A DNA stretch of 64,000 bases from the NCBI GenBank assembly GCA_043228905.1, contig JBHGNT010000020.1, positions 4,712,001 to 4,776,000 on the forward strand, in the 5' to 3' direction. The position numbers and the translations under genes are program-made. Within the stretch, counting starts at the first letter, position 1. The number at the start of each line of letters is the position of its first letter. The DNA is from Azolla caroliniana (lineage: Eukaryota > Plantae > Polypodiophyta). Below are positions 24,880 through 37,571 of this stretch, piece after piece. The notes under the pieces are model-generated. The model was given only the letters and a program-made list of their open reading frames with translations. It was not told the DNA's origin and ran no database searches.

Positions 24880-25298
24880 TTCATCCGGTGAGCACTTCTC
24901 ACCGGGCCTTCACCATCCGGCTCTTGTCGGGTACTCGTCATCCGGTTCTCACCAGGCCTTCCGTTGCCGGGTCCTCCACATCCGGTTCTCACCGGGTCTT
25001 CCGTTGCCGGGTACTCCACATCCGGTTGTCACCGGGTCTTCATCATCCGGTTCTCACCGGGCCTTCACCATCCGGCTCTTGCCGGGTCTTCCTTTGCCGG
25101 GTACTCCACATCCGGTTCTCATCGGGTCTTCCGTTGCCGGGTACTCCACATCCTTCCGTTGCTGGGTACTCCACATCCGGTTCTCATCGGGTCTTCATCA
25201 TCCGGCTCTTGCCGAGCACTCGTCATCCGGTTCTCAACGGGCCTTCACCATCCGGCTCTTGCCGGGTCTTCCGTTGCCGGGTACTCCACATCCGGTTT
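24880..25298. repeat. GC-rich minisatellite array in the copia C 3' LTR (shorter copy at ~29810-30072)
   Basis: Tandem CATCCGGTTCTCACCGGGTCTTCCGTTGCCGGGTACTCCA and shorter variants. Confidence 0.9.
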
Positions 25299-25363
25299 CC
25301 TAACAAACACTGTTCTTCTCACTTCCCATCCGGAGGGACCTGTTTCCTAACAAACTCCCCCTT

Positions 25364-28300
25364 CACTCCGGCATGGGATGTCTTACTAGTCTGATCCGCT
25401 TCCGGCATGCATCCAGCTTGTCGGGTATCAGCACTTTGGTTAGCATATCTGACCCGTTCTCGTCCGTGTGGATCTTCGTTAGCGCGAACTCTCGATCTTC
25501 TACTCGCTCCCGGATCTAGTGATACCTACGCTGGATGTGCTTCGTCCTGGAATGGTACGATGCGTTCTTGGCAAGGTGGATGGCACTTTGACTGTCACAA
25601 TAGAGCTGATATTCATCTTGCCGGATACCGAGCTCTCCGATGAAGTCCTTCATCCATAGTATTTCCGTGCCGGCATCCACAACCGCCATGTACTCCGCCT
25701 CCGTGGTTGACAACGCAACCATCTTCTGCAGCCTCGACTGCCATGAAATAGCTCCCCCTGCATATGTCATTACATACCCGGATGTAGATCGGCTGGTATC
25801 CACATCAGCCGACATGGCCGAATCGATAAAACCGTCAAGTTGAGGTTTACCGGAGCTGAATCAGAGACACAGATTCGAAGTGCCCTTCAGGTACCGGAGT
25901 ATCCATTTGACCGCGTTCCAGTGCTCCTTGCTGGGATTGCTCATAAACCGGCTAACCACTCCGACTACGTATCTAATATCCGGTCGAGTACACAATATTG
26001 CGTACATCAAGCTCCCGATGACAGAGGCATATGGAACCTTCATCATATCAGCCTTCGGGCTTTGCTTACCTTCTCTATTTTCGTCTTCGGGCTTTGCTTA
26101 CCGGATAATCTGCAGTTTGCTGGGAGTGTCGATCCGATTGGTTTCGCATCTGACATGTTGAACCGCTGAAGCACCTTTGTCACGTATTTCTCCTGTGACA
26201 ACCACAATTGCTTCGTTGACCGGTCCCGGATAATATGCATCCCCAACATCTGTCTTGCCGGACCCAAGTCTTTCATTGAGAAGGTCCAGTTGAGAGCCTT
26301 CTTCAACATCCGTATTTTGGCTTGGTCCCGTCCGATGATCAACATGTCGTCCACGTACAGAAGGAGTATTAGGAAGTCGCCTCCTTCGAACTTCTTCACA
26401 AACACACAATGATCGGCCTGCGTCTTGTGGTACCCTTGATCGATAATGAAGGACTCGAACTTCCGGTACCATTGTCGAGGAGCCTGCTTCAGTCCCTATA
26501 GGCTCTTCTTCAACTGGCAAACTAGGTGCTCCTTCCCTTTCTCCACGAATCCTTCCGGTTGCTGCATGTAAATCTCCTCTTCGAGGTCACCGTGAAGGAA
26601 TGTCGTCTTCAGGTCTAGCTGCTCTACCTCGAGGTCCATGCTTGCCGCTATACTCAGCACCGTCTGGATGGAGGTCATCTTTAGTACCGGGGCAAATATC
26701 TCGTCGAAGTCCACACCCTTCTTCTGCTGGAACCCCTTCACCACGATCTTGGCTTTGTATCTCGGGGGGTTTCCGGCATCTCCCGGTTTCAACTTGTACA
26801 CCCACTTGTTTCGGAGTGCCCGCATTCCTTTCGGCAACTCCACCAATTCGTACGTATGGTTCTGATGCAAGGAATCCATCTCATCCTCCATGGCACTTAA
26901 CCATTTGCGACTGTGGGCGTCACTTTTAGCTTCCTCAAAGCTTTCTGGCTCCCCCTCATCGGTCAGCAGCACATGCTCTGCATCCGGAAATCTTCGGGGG
27001 GCCCTTCTCTCTCTGAGAGGATATCTCCGTCTTTGACCTTCGGCAACCGGCTCCACTATTTGTTCTTCATCCGAATCCGATTCGGGGTCTTGGCCGGTTC
27101 CGGTTTCATCTATTCCTTCTTCTTCGGCCTGTCTTGTCTCCTTACCGTCACTGGCCGGTTCATCGAGTGCTAACCGGTCTCTTGCCAGTTGGGTCTGCTC
27201 ATCGTAGAATCGATCCTTACCGGTTGACTCAAAGTTCATTATCTTCTTCTCCGATTCCCAGTCGGCGAGCGTCTTGTCCTCCATGAGGATAATATCTCGA
27301 CTCTGGAATACCTTCTTGTTAACCGGATCCCACACTCGGTAGCCGAACTCATTATCGCCGTAACCGAGGAATATGCATGGCAAGGTCTTTGGATCTAACT
27401 TTCCTCTCTTGTCCTTAGCTACATGCACGTATGTGAGACACCCGAATACCTTTAGATGCCGGTAGGACACTTCCTTACCGGTCCATACTCTCTGCGGCGT
27501 GTCTCCGTCCTAGTGTACTGAGGGTGATCTATTTATCACATACATCGCTGTCGACAACGCCTCAGCCCAAAACGTCTTGGGTAATTTTGCATGCGCCAGC
27601 ATACTCCGGACCCTCTCCATTATGGTCCGGTTCATCCTCTCAGCCAGCCTGTTTAGTTCCGGCGTCTTCGGCATGGTAAATTCGAGTCGGATTCCCTTCA
27701 AGCGACAGTACTCCTCGAATTGCCCCCGGTATTCACCTCCGTTATCTGCTCGAACCGCCTTCAGCTTCCGGTTGTGGTCATCTATGAACATCACGAAGTA
27801 CTTCGATCCGGCATGTGACTTCGTGTCCACTTGACACACATCAGTATGCACCAACTACAATGGTGCATTACGTCTCATCGGTGGCCTTGGTTGGAAGGAG
27901 ATCCGGTTTTGCTTACCGGCCAGACAATCAATGCACTTCTCCAAGTGCACGTTCTTCACTAGAATGAGGTTGTCGTCTGCAAGCCTCTTCATCCCCTTCT
28001 CACTCATGTGACACAGCCTCTTGGGCCACAACTCATCGGTAGTGTCAGATGCCACGTTCACTTCCTCCGGACATAACCAGGCATTCATCAGGTACATCGT
28101 GTTGACCTTTCGGGCCCGAGCCACGATCAGGCTCCTTTTGCTGAACTTCATAACACCGTTCCGGATGCTACCCATGTAGCCTTCATCATCTAGCCGACCA
28201 GCTGATATCAGGTTCAGACATACCTCAGGAACGTGTCGGACATCCTTCAGCAATAGCTTGCATCCGGTTGGTGTTGTCAACCACACGTCTCCTATGCCAA

Positions 28301-29333
28301 CAAGTCGGCATGTACCTTCATTCCCCATCCGGACACAACCGTGATCACCGGCTGAGTAGGATGAGAAGCATTTCCGGTCCGGGGTAAGGTGGAACGACGC
28401 TCCGGAGTCGACCACCCAGGTCATCTCGTCGCCGGCAAGGTTCAACCCACTCTCCTCGGTGATGAACATCAAATCTTCTTCACTTGCCACGATTGTCGTA
28501 GTTCCCTTCCGGTCCGTTCCCCTCCGGTCTTTATTGTTCCAGTCCGGTGTCCACTTCGAATCGGTACCGTCGGTTTCCTTGTCTTTTCGGAAGTGCCAAC
28601 AGTTCTTCTGGAAGTGTCCCGGCTTGCCGCAATAGAAGCAAGTAGGCCTGCCCCTTGACTTTGACCGTGTCCCTAACTTCTTCCGATTCTGGGGACTATG
28701 GTTCCTTTGTCTTCCGCGTTCCGATTCGGTAATGAGAGCTTTGGAGTCGGAGCTCGTATCCTTATCTTTCCGACGCGCCTCCTCATCTAGCAAGCTCGAC
28801 TTCACTCTTGCTAGGGATAACCGTTTTCCTTCCGGCCCGGAGTTGCCCAAGGTGACAACCAACGTCTCCCAGCTATTTGGGAGGGAACCGAGCAGGAGTA
28901 ATGCTAGTACCTCATTGGCGAGAGGTACTTCCAATGATTTTGCCTGGTGGATCAGCCCCTGGAAGGCATTCATGTGCTCCGCCATGCTGGAGCCATCTTG
29001 GTACCAGAGTCTTACTAGCTTCTGAAATACCGAAACCTGATTAACAACATTTTTGTTTTGAAACATAATGCCGATCTTCTCCCGGAGCTCATGAGCCTTG
29101 CTCTCTTCATTGAAGTTGTTGTATAGACTCATGTCGATGAAGCACCGTATGTAAGCCGTTGTCTTCATGTGCATCACCTCCCATATCGTGGCGTTGATTT
29201 TGTCTGGTCTCTTGTCCCCGAACTGAACTGGAAACCAAAGACCTTTAACCACGAGCATGTCCCTCATCTTCGACTTCCACATGGAATAGTTGGAGCCGGT
29301 GAGCTTGAACATGCCTCCCAACGATTCGTCCAT
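25364..29333 (-). pseudogene. Copia C gag-pol pseudogene
   Basis: MDESLGGMFKLTGSNY start, CFYCGKPGHFQKNC, WVVDSGAS, integrase, YVDD and RNase H. Several stops and a 90-bp microhomology deletion at ~27762. Confidence 0.93.
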
Positions 29334-31002
29334 TTTCTGTGTTGTTTCGCTCTGATACCAATTTGACAGGAATACACGCTCCCGATGAACAACGCTTGGC
29401 CACAACCGAGCCTAGAATCAAACACAGAAAACGAGTAATGTACGCATGACACAGTGAAGAGAAGAGTACACAGGATGTTAACGTGGAAAACCCAAATTAG
29501 GGAAAACCAGGCAGCCCACAGACTGCAAACTATCACTATATCACAATGTACAATATTAAAGCACTGAGGCAACGACCTTGAGCTCGCTATCTTCGCCACA
29601 GGCAGCGGTTAGAACAGAGGCAACAACCTCTTCCTCTCTCTCTCTCTCTCTCTGTGTACACAGTTACGCACTCAAATCTTGCACCAACAAGAATGACAAC
29701 TACTATCGACTAAATTTGCCCTAAGTCATATTTATACTAGTATGAATTTTCGGCTATTTACAAATATAGCCCCAATGGACTCTTAGAAACATATTTACGA
29801 ATATGTCCCTTCATCCGGTGAGCACTTCTCACCGGGCCTTCACCATCCAGCTCTTGCCGAGTACTCGTCATCCGGTTCTCACCGGGCCTTCCGTTGCCGG
29901 GTCCTCCACATCCGGTTCTCACCGAGTCTTTCGTTGCTGGGTACTCCACATCCGGTTCTCACCGGGTCTTCATCATCCGGCTCTTGCCGAGCACTCGTCA
30001 TCCGGTTCTCAACGGGCCTTCACCATCCGGCTCTTGCCGGGTCTTCCGTTGCCGGGTACTCCACATCCGGTTCCCTAACAAACACTGTGCTTCTCACTTC
30101 CCATCCGGAGGGACCTGTTTCCTAACACCTATTATGTATTATGTGATGATGATACCATTCCTTGCAACACAATCACCTTGAGGTCTAGGTCGAAGGACTG
30201 ACCGTAGACAGTGTTCCTAATCGGTAACAAGTACTTATTAGTCCTATGCTATTTACATTATGTTTGTACATAATACTTGATTTGTGTGCATCGGTGCACA
30301 CACCCGCTCGTGTGCACTTGGCTCCATTTCTCTCTATGGACGAAATCCTTCACGACATCCACCCCCACCAAACTGCACATCCTCCGGCATGTGCCAAGTA
30401 GTGTAGTGGTGGAGATTCTAGCCTAGCCTTTACTCGTCTTCTCCCGATTCTTCGCCGGTTCGGTCCTCATCTGACTCCTCGCTCCCGCCGGCCTCTCTGT
30501 CTTCGGTCTCCGGGTCTAGTTCCGCTTTGTGTCGTTCCTTGAAGGCATTTATCCTTTTTCCCCCAACCGGTACTGCCATCTTCGTCCCATCGAGCTCTGC
30601 AAGGTTAGTCGTTGGTGCCTGTGACCACGTATGGCCCGAACCACCTCCTCGCAAACTTCCGGGTCGACCGGTGCTAGTTATCTAGGTTGTTGTCATAGAC
30701 GAGCACCTAATCGTCCACCTCAATCTTCTTCAGCCGGAGTCAGTGTGTCCGGTCGAACGAGCCCTTGTTCTTCTTCCACGCTGTCGAGGAAATCCGCGCT
30801 TGCGGGTCGGATGAACGGGACAACCGGGGTCTTTGACCAAGGAGGATGGATCAGGTGACTTGTGCTTGTAAGGAGTTGACCATTGTTTAGGTTTACAATC
30901 GGGTCATTCTTGTTGTCGAAGATGCTTGTGTGGGTTGACTGAGAGAATGAGAGAGAGAGAGAGAATAAAGAGATTGTGAAAATATTTACCACACCACAAA
31001 GA

Positions 31003-31405
31003 TGTCGTGAAGCACGCTACACATGTGCCAAACGTTGCAATGTGCGCGTTACACGTGCGTAGACAAGCACCGGCCTCTATCCGCAAGTGGTGATGGAGGA
31101 GCGAAAGGATCGTTGAAGACAATGGAATGGTGGAAGGATTAGCGCTTGCGAGAATTATTAAAGATAGATATAGACGAGAATCCCATCTCCCGGTTTGAAC
31201 TTTTGACTTCAAAGTTGAGATACAAGACACATTGCCAATGAGATAACTAGGATTTATTAATTATCCTTCCTCTCCTTCTTATATAGATGCCCCCATGCAT
31301 ATGTGCATATGAGGGTGTAGTACATGCATACAATGCATGAAATGCATGTGATGCATGAGCGCCAAATGGCAATCATGCATCACATGCAATGCATGATGAC
31401 CATGT
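31003..31405. repeat. Truncated LTR of the TGTCGTG gypsy family
   Basis: Starts TGTCGTGAAG. An ATGCAT-rich block (CCAAATGGCAATCATGCATCACATGC) resembles 47820-47846. Confidence 0.6.
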
Positions 31406-34400
31406 ACCTCATCCAAGCTCTCATGATGTTCGGCTTTAAAACGGCACTGGCCACTTTCCAACGCATAATAGCCAAGATTTTCGATGAGTACATTTCCGCT
31501 TTTATGCAAGTATTTCTCAACGATTTTTCTGTGTATGGACAACAGAGCGAGCACCTTGGACATCTACCCCTTTGCCTCGAACGATGCCTACAGGCACGAC
31601 TCAGCTTAAACCCGGCAAAATGTGCTTTTTACGTATCTAGCGATGCCTTACTCGGTCACATTGTCAGTCGCAATGGTATAGCCGTGGATCCCGCCAAGGT
31701 TCATGCTATTCTAAATTCTCTGACCCCAACAATAGTAGAAGGCCTAAGTAGATTCTTGGGACAGATTGGTGGCATAGTCGCACGCTACGCTACCTTGCTG
31801 ACTTCGTGACACCCTTGCATGTCGCGACCCATAAGGTTCCATTTCGATGGATGGAATGGGAGGATGAGGCTTACCATTCTCTCAAAGTGAGGCTCTCCCA
31901 AGCACTGGTCGTGCAACCGCCTGATTGGTTGTAACCCTTCCACGTGTTTGTGGACACTTCTGACATAGCCATCAGTAGTGCACTGATGCAGAAAATGCCT
32001 CCGAACTGGTATCGCCCGGTGTATTACATGAGTCGAGGCCTCTCTACAACCAAAAAGAGCTACTCCACCACGGAACGAGAAGCACTCAAGATGATCTACA
32101 ATATCACTAAATTTTAACACTACCTGCTGCATCGGAAATTCACGTTCCATGTAGATCATTCGACATTATTGTACCTCATCAATAAACATGCTTTAACCGG
32201 TCTCTTAGCACGATGGATGCTTCTTCTCTAGGAATTTGATTTCGACATACAACATCGACCAAGGGTCCAACATGCAATCGTGAATTACCTAAGTTGTCTC
32301 AAGTTGAGAGAGCCAGTTGAAACAAAGTACGATGAACTACTCGATGCCAACTTGTTTAGTCTCGACACCGCAACCATTCCCGCCGATCCCGAGGACGATT
32401 GGAATACGGAAATGATGCAATTCCTCAACATCGGCCTTCTACATGAACACTTAACGCTAGACGCCAAGAAACGATTGGCAGTCTATAGCTGAAATTTCTG
32501 TTTGTTCACCAACACTCTATATCATAAAGGCTCAGACGATATTTGGCGATGCACGGTACAACAATTCGAAAAAGATGCGGTTTTATGCGACGCCCATCAC
32601 GGTATAGTCGACGGTCACTCTGCGGCTGATGCCACAACTCGAAAGATTTGGCAAAGCGGATTATGGTGGCCAACCACCTAAAATGATGCTCAAAATTTTT
32701 GTAAATGCTGCGATCACTGTTAGCGGAGGGGCCAGCTGAGCGCAAAGACCAGATGCCTCACCAACCGATCCTTCCTTTAGAACCCTTTTTGAAATGGGGA
32801 TTGGATTTCGTAGGGCCATTTAAACCACCCGCAACCCGAACAAGCAACAAATATATAATGTGGCTATCGATTACTGTACGAAATGGGTCAAAGTGAAAGC
32901 ACTACGCGACAACACGGTCGTGTCGATAGCCAAATTCATGTATGAATACTTGTGGAGTCGATTTGGTTGCCCAATCAAGCTCGTGAGCAACTAGGGGGGG
33001 CACTTTCTCAACCATCTTATCCTTGATTTAACCTCCCATTACGCTGTGGTGCACAAGAAAAGCACACCTTACTACCCCCAAGCCAACGGACTGGCCGAGT
33101 CAACGAATAAGACCCTACAGACGATTCTCAAGAAAATTGTGAATGAGCATCGAATGGATTGGGATGATAAATTACATTGTGCACTGTGGGCATACCGCAC
33201 CACGTTCAAAACAAGCATCGGATCCATGCCCTTTTGAATGGATTACGGCTTGGAACCCGCAATGCCGATTGAGTTTCAGGTCCTGAGTCTACGAGTGCAG
33301 TTAACTGAATGATTGTCCGAATAGTCCGAACAAAAACGGCTGGAACAATTACTCGAGCTTCGGGAAGAACGAATAACTAGTCTCGCCCAATTGGAGAAAG
33401 GCCAACGAAAAAGGAAAGCTTTGGTGGATCGCCATAGTGGAGAAATCGGAAAATCATCCGAGATCGGCAAACCGGTCCTAGTGTTCCAAACATGACTAGG
33501 GGCAATGCTAGGGAAACTTTAGTTTCAGTGTACAAGTCCATTCGGGCTTGTCAATGATTTCAACGGAATGTTCCAGCTCGGCATATTGGCCGGGGAAATC
33601 TTGAAGAAATGGGTCAACGGATTTTGATTGAAACCATACCGAGGCCTGACACTACTGAACCCCTTCGCCGAACAACAACACGGCAACGATCAACCTGTGG
33701 TAGGTAGAACAGAGGATTTCGGGGGCATCCTGACACCATCACCAACAAACAGATCCACTCGGTGCTTAGGTTTGCAATGTGGGGGTGAACACGACGTCGA
33801 CGCTTCGCCACAACACATTTTGGAGCAATATTTCGGAGAATACTCCGCATCAGCAAAGGCTCATGACATGCACGGAGGTCCCAATGAATTCTTCGGAAAT
33901 CTAGCCCATTTTCTTTTGGATTTTGGATGTGTCACCGCCAATGCATATAGCACACCCAAGAAGAGCGTTGGCTTAATCATCACGGTAGATCGAGGCAGAG
34001 CTATCGATTGGGGTATACTCATTGGGGAAGGAATTAGTGCTGCATTGGCCTCCTTCCAATTAGGTAAGCGTTTCCTTCCGGTGTTGGCACAATATCTGGC
34101 CATACTTTACCCTCCCCAAACCACATCCCCACCTCGCCCAACTTTGGCCCTACTAGCTCCACCCACTAGGACAAAAAATCAAGAGCTTTGCAGCTGCCAC
34201 AGGACGAAACACCGACCCGAACCCCAACCTCGCCTAGACCCGAGTCAAAGAACCATGAGGCCCCCGACAACATTACCATTCGGGAGAGAATCAAACCTCA
34301 ACCCTCCACGATCCGTATCATGTCCCCATGACCCACGCCCACTCCACGCCCAAAGCATAATAGAGAAAATCGAAAAACCAATATGGATACAGATCAATCC

Positions 34401-36546
34401 TCGGTGACCCAACCTAAGTGGGATCACAATGAAATTGCGGCCCCAAAACTCAACCCTGCCAAGAAACGCCGCCTACAACATCGCAGCTAGGAAGACATGG
34501 TCGTTAGTAGCAAAGAAACATGTAAGCAAGCCAAGACTACCATCGAGTTGTGGCAAACATCAGAACACCGCCTGACCACACGACTCTAGACAAAAGTTGT
34601 CTGTTTTGCTCAGCTTGCCCTCTCCCACCTCCAGCCCACGCGAACTATCGACCCAAACGGAACTACAAAGTTGCATCGACCTAATGGATATATCCACCCA
34701 AACAGAACCACCCTACCCCACCACAATGCAGGATGAAACAACCCAAACCAAGGACGGTCACAACACGGTTCCGTTCGAAGATGGCATCCGCCGATATAAG
34801 GAAGAACTTATCATTCAAACGGCCATTGTGGACAACACTAAGGAGCGCTACGACACAACTAAAGCCGAGGAAACCAAGATAAAGGAGCAAGCAACGAAAA
34901 GGGAAGCTGAGCTACAACAACTACTCCACGACCGAACGACCAAGCTCCAGGAGATAGAAAATAATGTCGCGGTCGCCCTCAAGACTACACAAGATACAAC
35001 TGCCGCTGAAATAGCATCTCTTAACAAGGAGGTCATAGAAGTGCAGGAGCGCTCTAGTCAGTTCCTACATAAATTGGACCAAACCGAGAAGGAGTGATGC
35101 CAACTAGTGAACTCCCTTCATGAACATCAAATAAACACAACATTGGAATTCGAAAGGCAACGCGAGAAGTATTTGAAGGAATCAACCGACAACATGGATC
35201 ATCTCCTCCGACAGTTCGACCAACTAACAGAAGAGACAGGGGTAAGGCTCGCCACCCTCAACACGTTGTGCGAGATCATCAAGGTCAAACTGCAACGGGA
35301 GGCGGAAGAAGGTAAAAGAGAAACGATTACCCTCTAAGACAAATACAATATGCGTGGGGAACAAATCCGCGACTTGGTGGTCAAACAACGGTAGAAGCTC
35401 AACCGGAAGGTCGAAGAAACTCTAGCCAGTGGTTGGAACGAATGGTCGGCTCAAGCGGCCGAACTCCAGGTTTTATGGGCTGACGCCAAAAACCGGAAGA
35501 AAGAAGGCTGCGACTTCTATAAAATGGACGAAAATAGCATCCAAATGGTCTTGGAAGATCTCACCGAGGACTTCCAAGCCTTGGCAAAAACGCACACCAT
35601 GGCAATCGAAAGCCTCCTGGAGGAATTCAACGATGAGCAATTGCTGCTTATGCTTGAAACCGAACGGGCCTTCACGGAAATAGCTCCTGACTAGACGGAT
35701 GAAGCTGTGTTGGAGACGGCACCACGACCTGACCAAGAATAGGAAGCCCCAACCCCACTAGCAACGAGGAAAGTTACCAAACACGAGCCCAACTTTTTCG
35801 GCCGAGCAGACCCCACAAAATGAGCTAGAACTAGTTATCTTGGGGGCTACGACAGAGGAAACAACTGTGCACCCAACCTCCGAAGGCATCCTCGACATTT
35901 TGACCGAGGAATGAGTGTACCATATAAATTTTGTAGGTCTTCTTTATTTTGATGGGTTCGACGTGTGAAGGCACTGTCCCACGGGCATGCCAGGTGTTGT
36001 CCGTTGGACAGATTGGTAATTTGGGTATGAAAGGAATCTAGATGTAGGTGAAGTACGTAAAGGCAACCGTAATAGGGAAAGTAGTGAAGAAAATGCAATT
36101 GTGAAACGTGGAGCCGAAAAACAAGTAAAGACTGAAGCACGCCAAGCGGGAAAGAAAACTATAAAACGTGAAGATGAAATGAAACAGAGGAGGACAGAAG
36201 AAGGAAGAGAAGCTACCTATTTAGAATAGGAATAGAGTACTAAGACACGTAGAATATCTGATTGTGCCTTCTGTTTATAACTCTAGCCGTGTGTCGTGTA
36301 TTACTGTTCCGGATTACATAATATATATTTAGTTTTGGGTCCAATCTGTTCTGTGTCGTGAGATAATTATAACATCTTGAATTAAGATCCTATTTTATGG
36401 CTAACATATGTTGACCATCTCTTTGTATGAATTGGATTGCCGAGCAATCTCTCTCTCACCTTGACCTCCACCGTGTACCACAGTCCTCTGATCCGATTAC
36501 CTTAGGAGTAATTGAAGGTGTTGCAAACCGAGAAGGAGAGAAGACA
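31406..36546 (+). mobile_element. 5'-truncated non-chromovirus gypsy G3 (RT-RH-INT, eORF, 3' LTR from 35995)
   Basis: MMFGFKTALATFQR...PQANGLAE, with eORF ~33760-35820. The LTR starts TGTTGTCC like G2; its right end is uncertain. Confidence 0.85.
35953..35992 (+). other. tRNA-3'-end-like motif at the PPT position of G3
   Basis: TGGGTTCGA-cgtgtgaaggcact-GTCCCACGGGCATGCCA, then GG, then the LTR TG. Confidence 0.85.
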
Positions 36547-37571
36547 TGGTATCAGAGCGTGAGGGTTGAGAATCCTCTGCTGCTGACAAGAGTTGTAAAC
36601 TAGAGGAACCCTAATACCCAATAAGAACAAACAGAAGAAGAAATGGATAAAAGCATGGCAAGCTCGCTTCCGACGGAGAAGCTTGATAGAAACAACTATG
36701 CGTCTTGGTCTTACAAGATGCACCAGTACCTGCTTGGATACAGGTATTGGTGTTATGCTTGGAGGTAGCGCCGGAGCCAGGACACAATGACTTCCTTGTA
36801 TGGGAACAAGCAGTGAGCAACGTGTTGTACTGTCTCGCGTCCTCTATGCACGACCAAATGCTCGGCTACATCAGAAACGCGAAAAACGCCGAAGGAAACC
36901 TGGGGAAATCTTAGAAAGGTTTTCACGGCTAGTACCACGACCCGGAAATTGCAGGTCCGGCAAGAGCTCAACAATGACCGACAAAGGGACGTGTCGGTCA
37001 CTGACTACACCCCGAAGATAAAGGAGATCTATGACACACTAGGGTCCATCAACGTGACAGTGGACGAGGACGAAATGCTGCAGATCTGCCTCAGTGATCT
37101 AGCAGAGACGTACGGGCCAATCCGAACTACGATATGTACACGGGAGAAGCCACCATCCTTCTTCGACTTACAATCGATTATGATGGTTGAAGAAAACCAC
37201 GCGAGTGGGTCGAGGACCACTCAATCGGAAAACCAGATGTTGTACACAAAGGAAGATCGGCCCCGTGGGCGTGGAGGATGAGGTGGATCGACACGCAACA
37301 ATGGCGGCTGAGAAGAGCCGGAGAGAAGGTACACAGGTGGTGTGGACAATAGTTCTGGACCCTCCACAAGCAAGGGGAGTCAAGGCGGCACCTAAAACTA
37401 GCAATCAAAGGCCAAAATGGAATGTTGGTACTATGGCAAAGAAAGGCCATCGGGAGAGCGAGTGCTGCAAGACGTGTGCCGATTCGGACAAATCCGGATC
37501 TAGCAAGACTGGACAAGGGAACCAATAGAGTTCGCACTACGTAGAAGGATCAGAAGGATCTGGAACCGGAA
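36547..37571 (+). mobile_element. Copia D fragment (PBS plus gag), same family as copia I
   Basis: TGGTATCAGAGC at 36547-36558, then MASSLPTEKLDRNNYASWSYKMHQYLLG. Confidence 0.85.

Larger units (their letters stand above)
24432..30127 (-). mobile_element. Full-length Ty1/copia element C
   Basis: LTRs 29364-30127 (5') and 24432-25352 (3'), PBS TGGTATCAGAGC at 29349-29360, PPT at 25353-25364. TSD CCCAT/CCTAT (1 mismatch). Confidence 0.96.
15131..30229 (+). mobile_element. Full-length but decayed non-chromovirus gypsy G2 (same clade as G1), 3' LTR split by copia C
   Basis: 5' LTR 15131-15595 and 3' LTR 24061-24431 plus 30133-30229. TSD AGTAC at 15126-15130 and 30230-30234. Confidence 0.95.
14844..31002 (-). 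mobile_element. Remnant Y1 of the TGTCGTG gypsy family: 3' LTR (14844-15130 plus 30235-30357, ~410 bp, split by G2), PPT and integrase C-terminus
   Basis: Minus-strand GGTGGGGGTGGA|TGTCGTGAAG at 30357 and GCTATAAAAGGG in the LTR. NLAELDGT...GKRINAFK matches Y2 KLSELDGT...KRIKVFK. The left LTR end is approximate. Confidence 0.7.

Noticed and set aside
24776-25394. Repetitive ORFs and a CRISPR-like look in the copia C LTR
   Set aside because: These are tandem minisatellite units with no unique spacers and no cas genes, in a eukaryotic TE context. The ORFs are by-products of the repeats.
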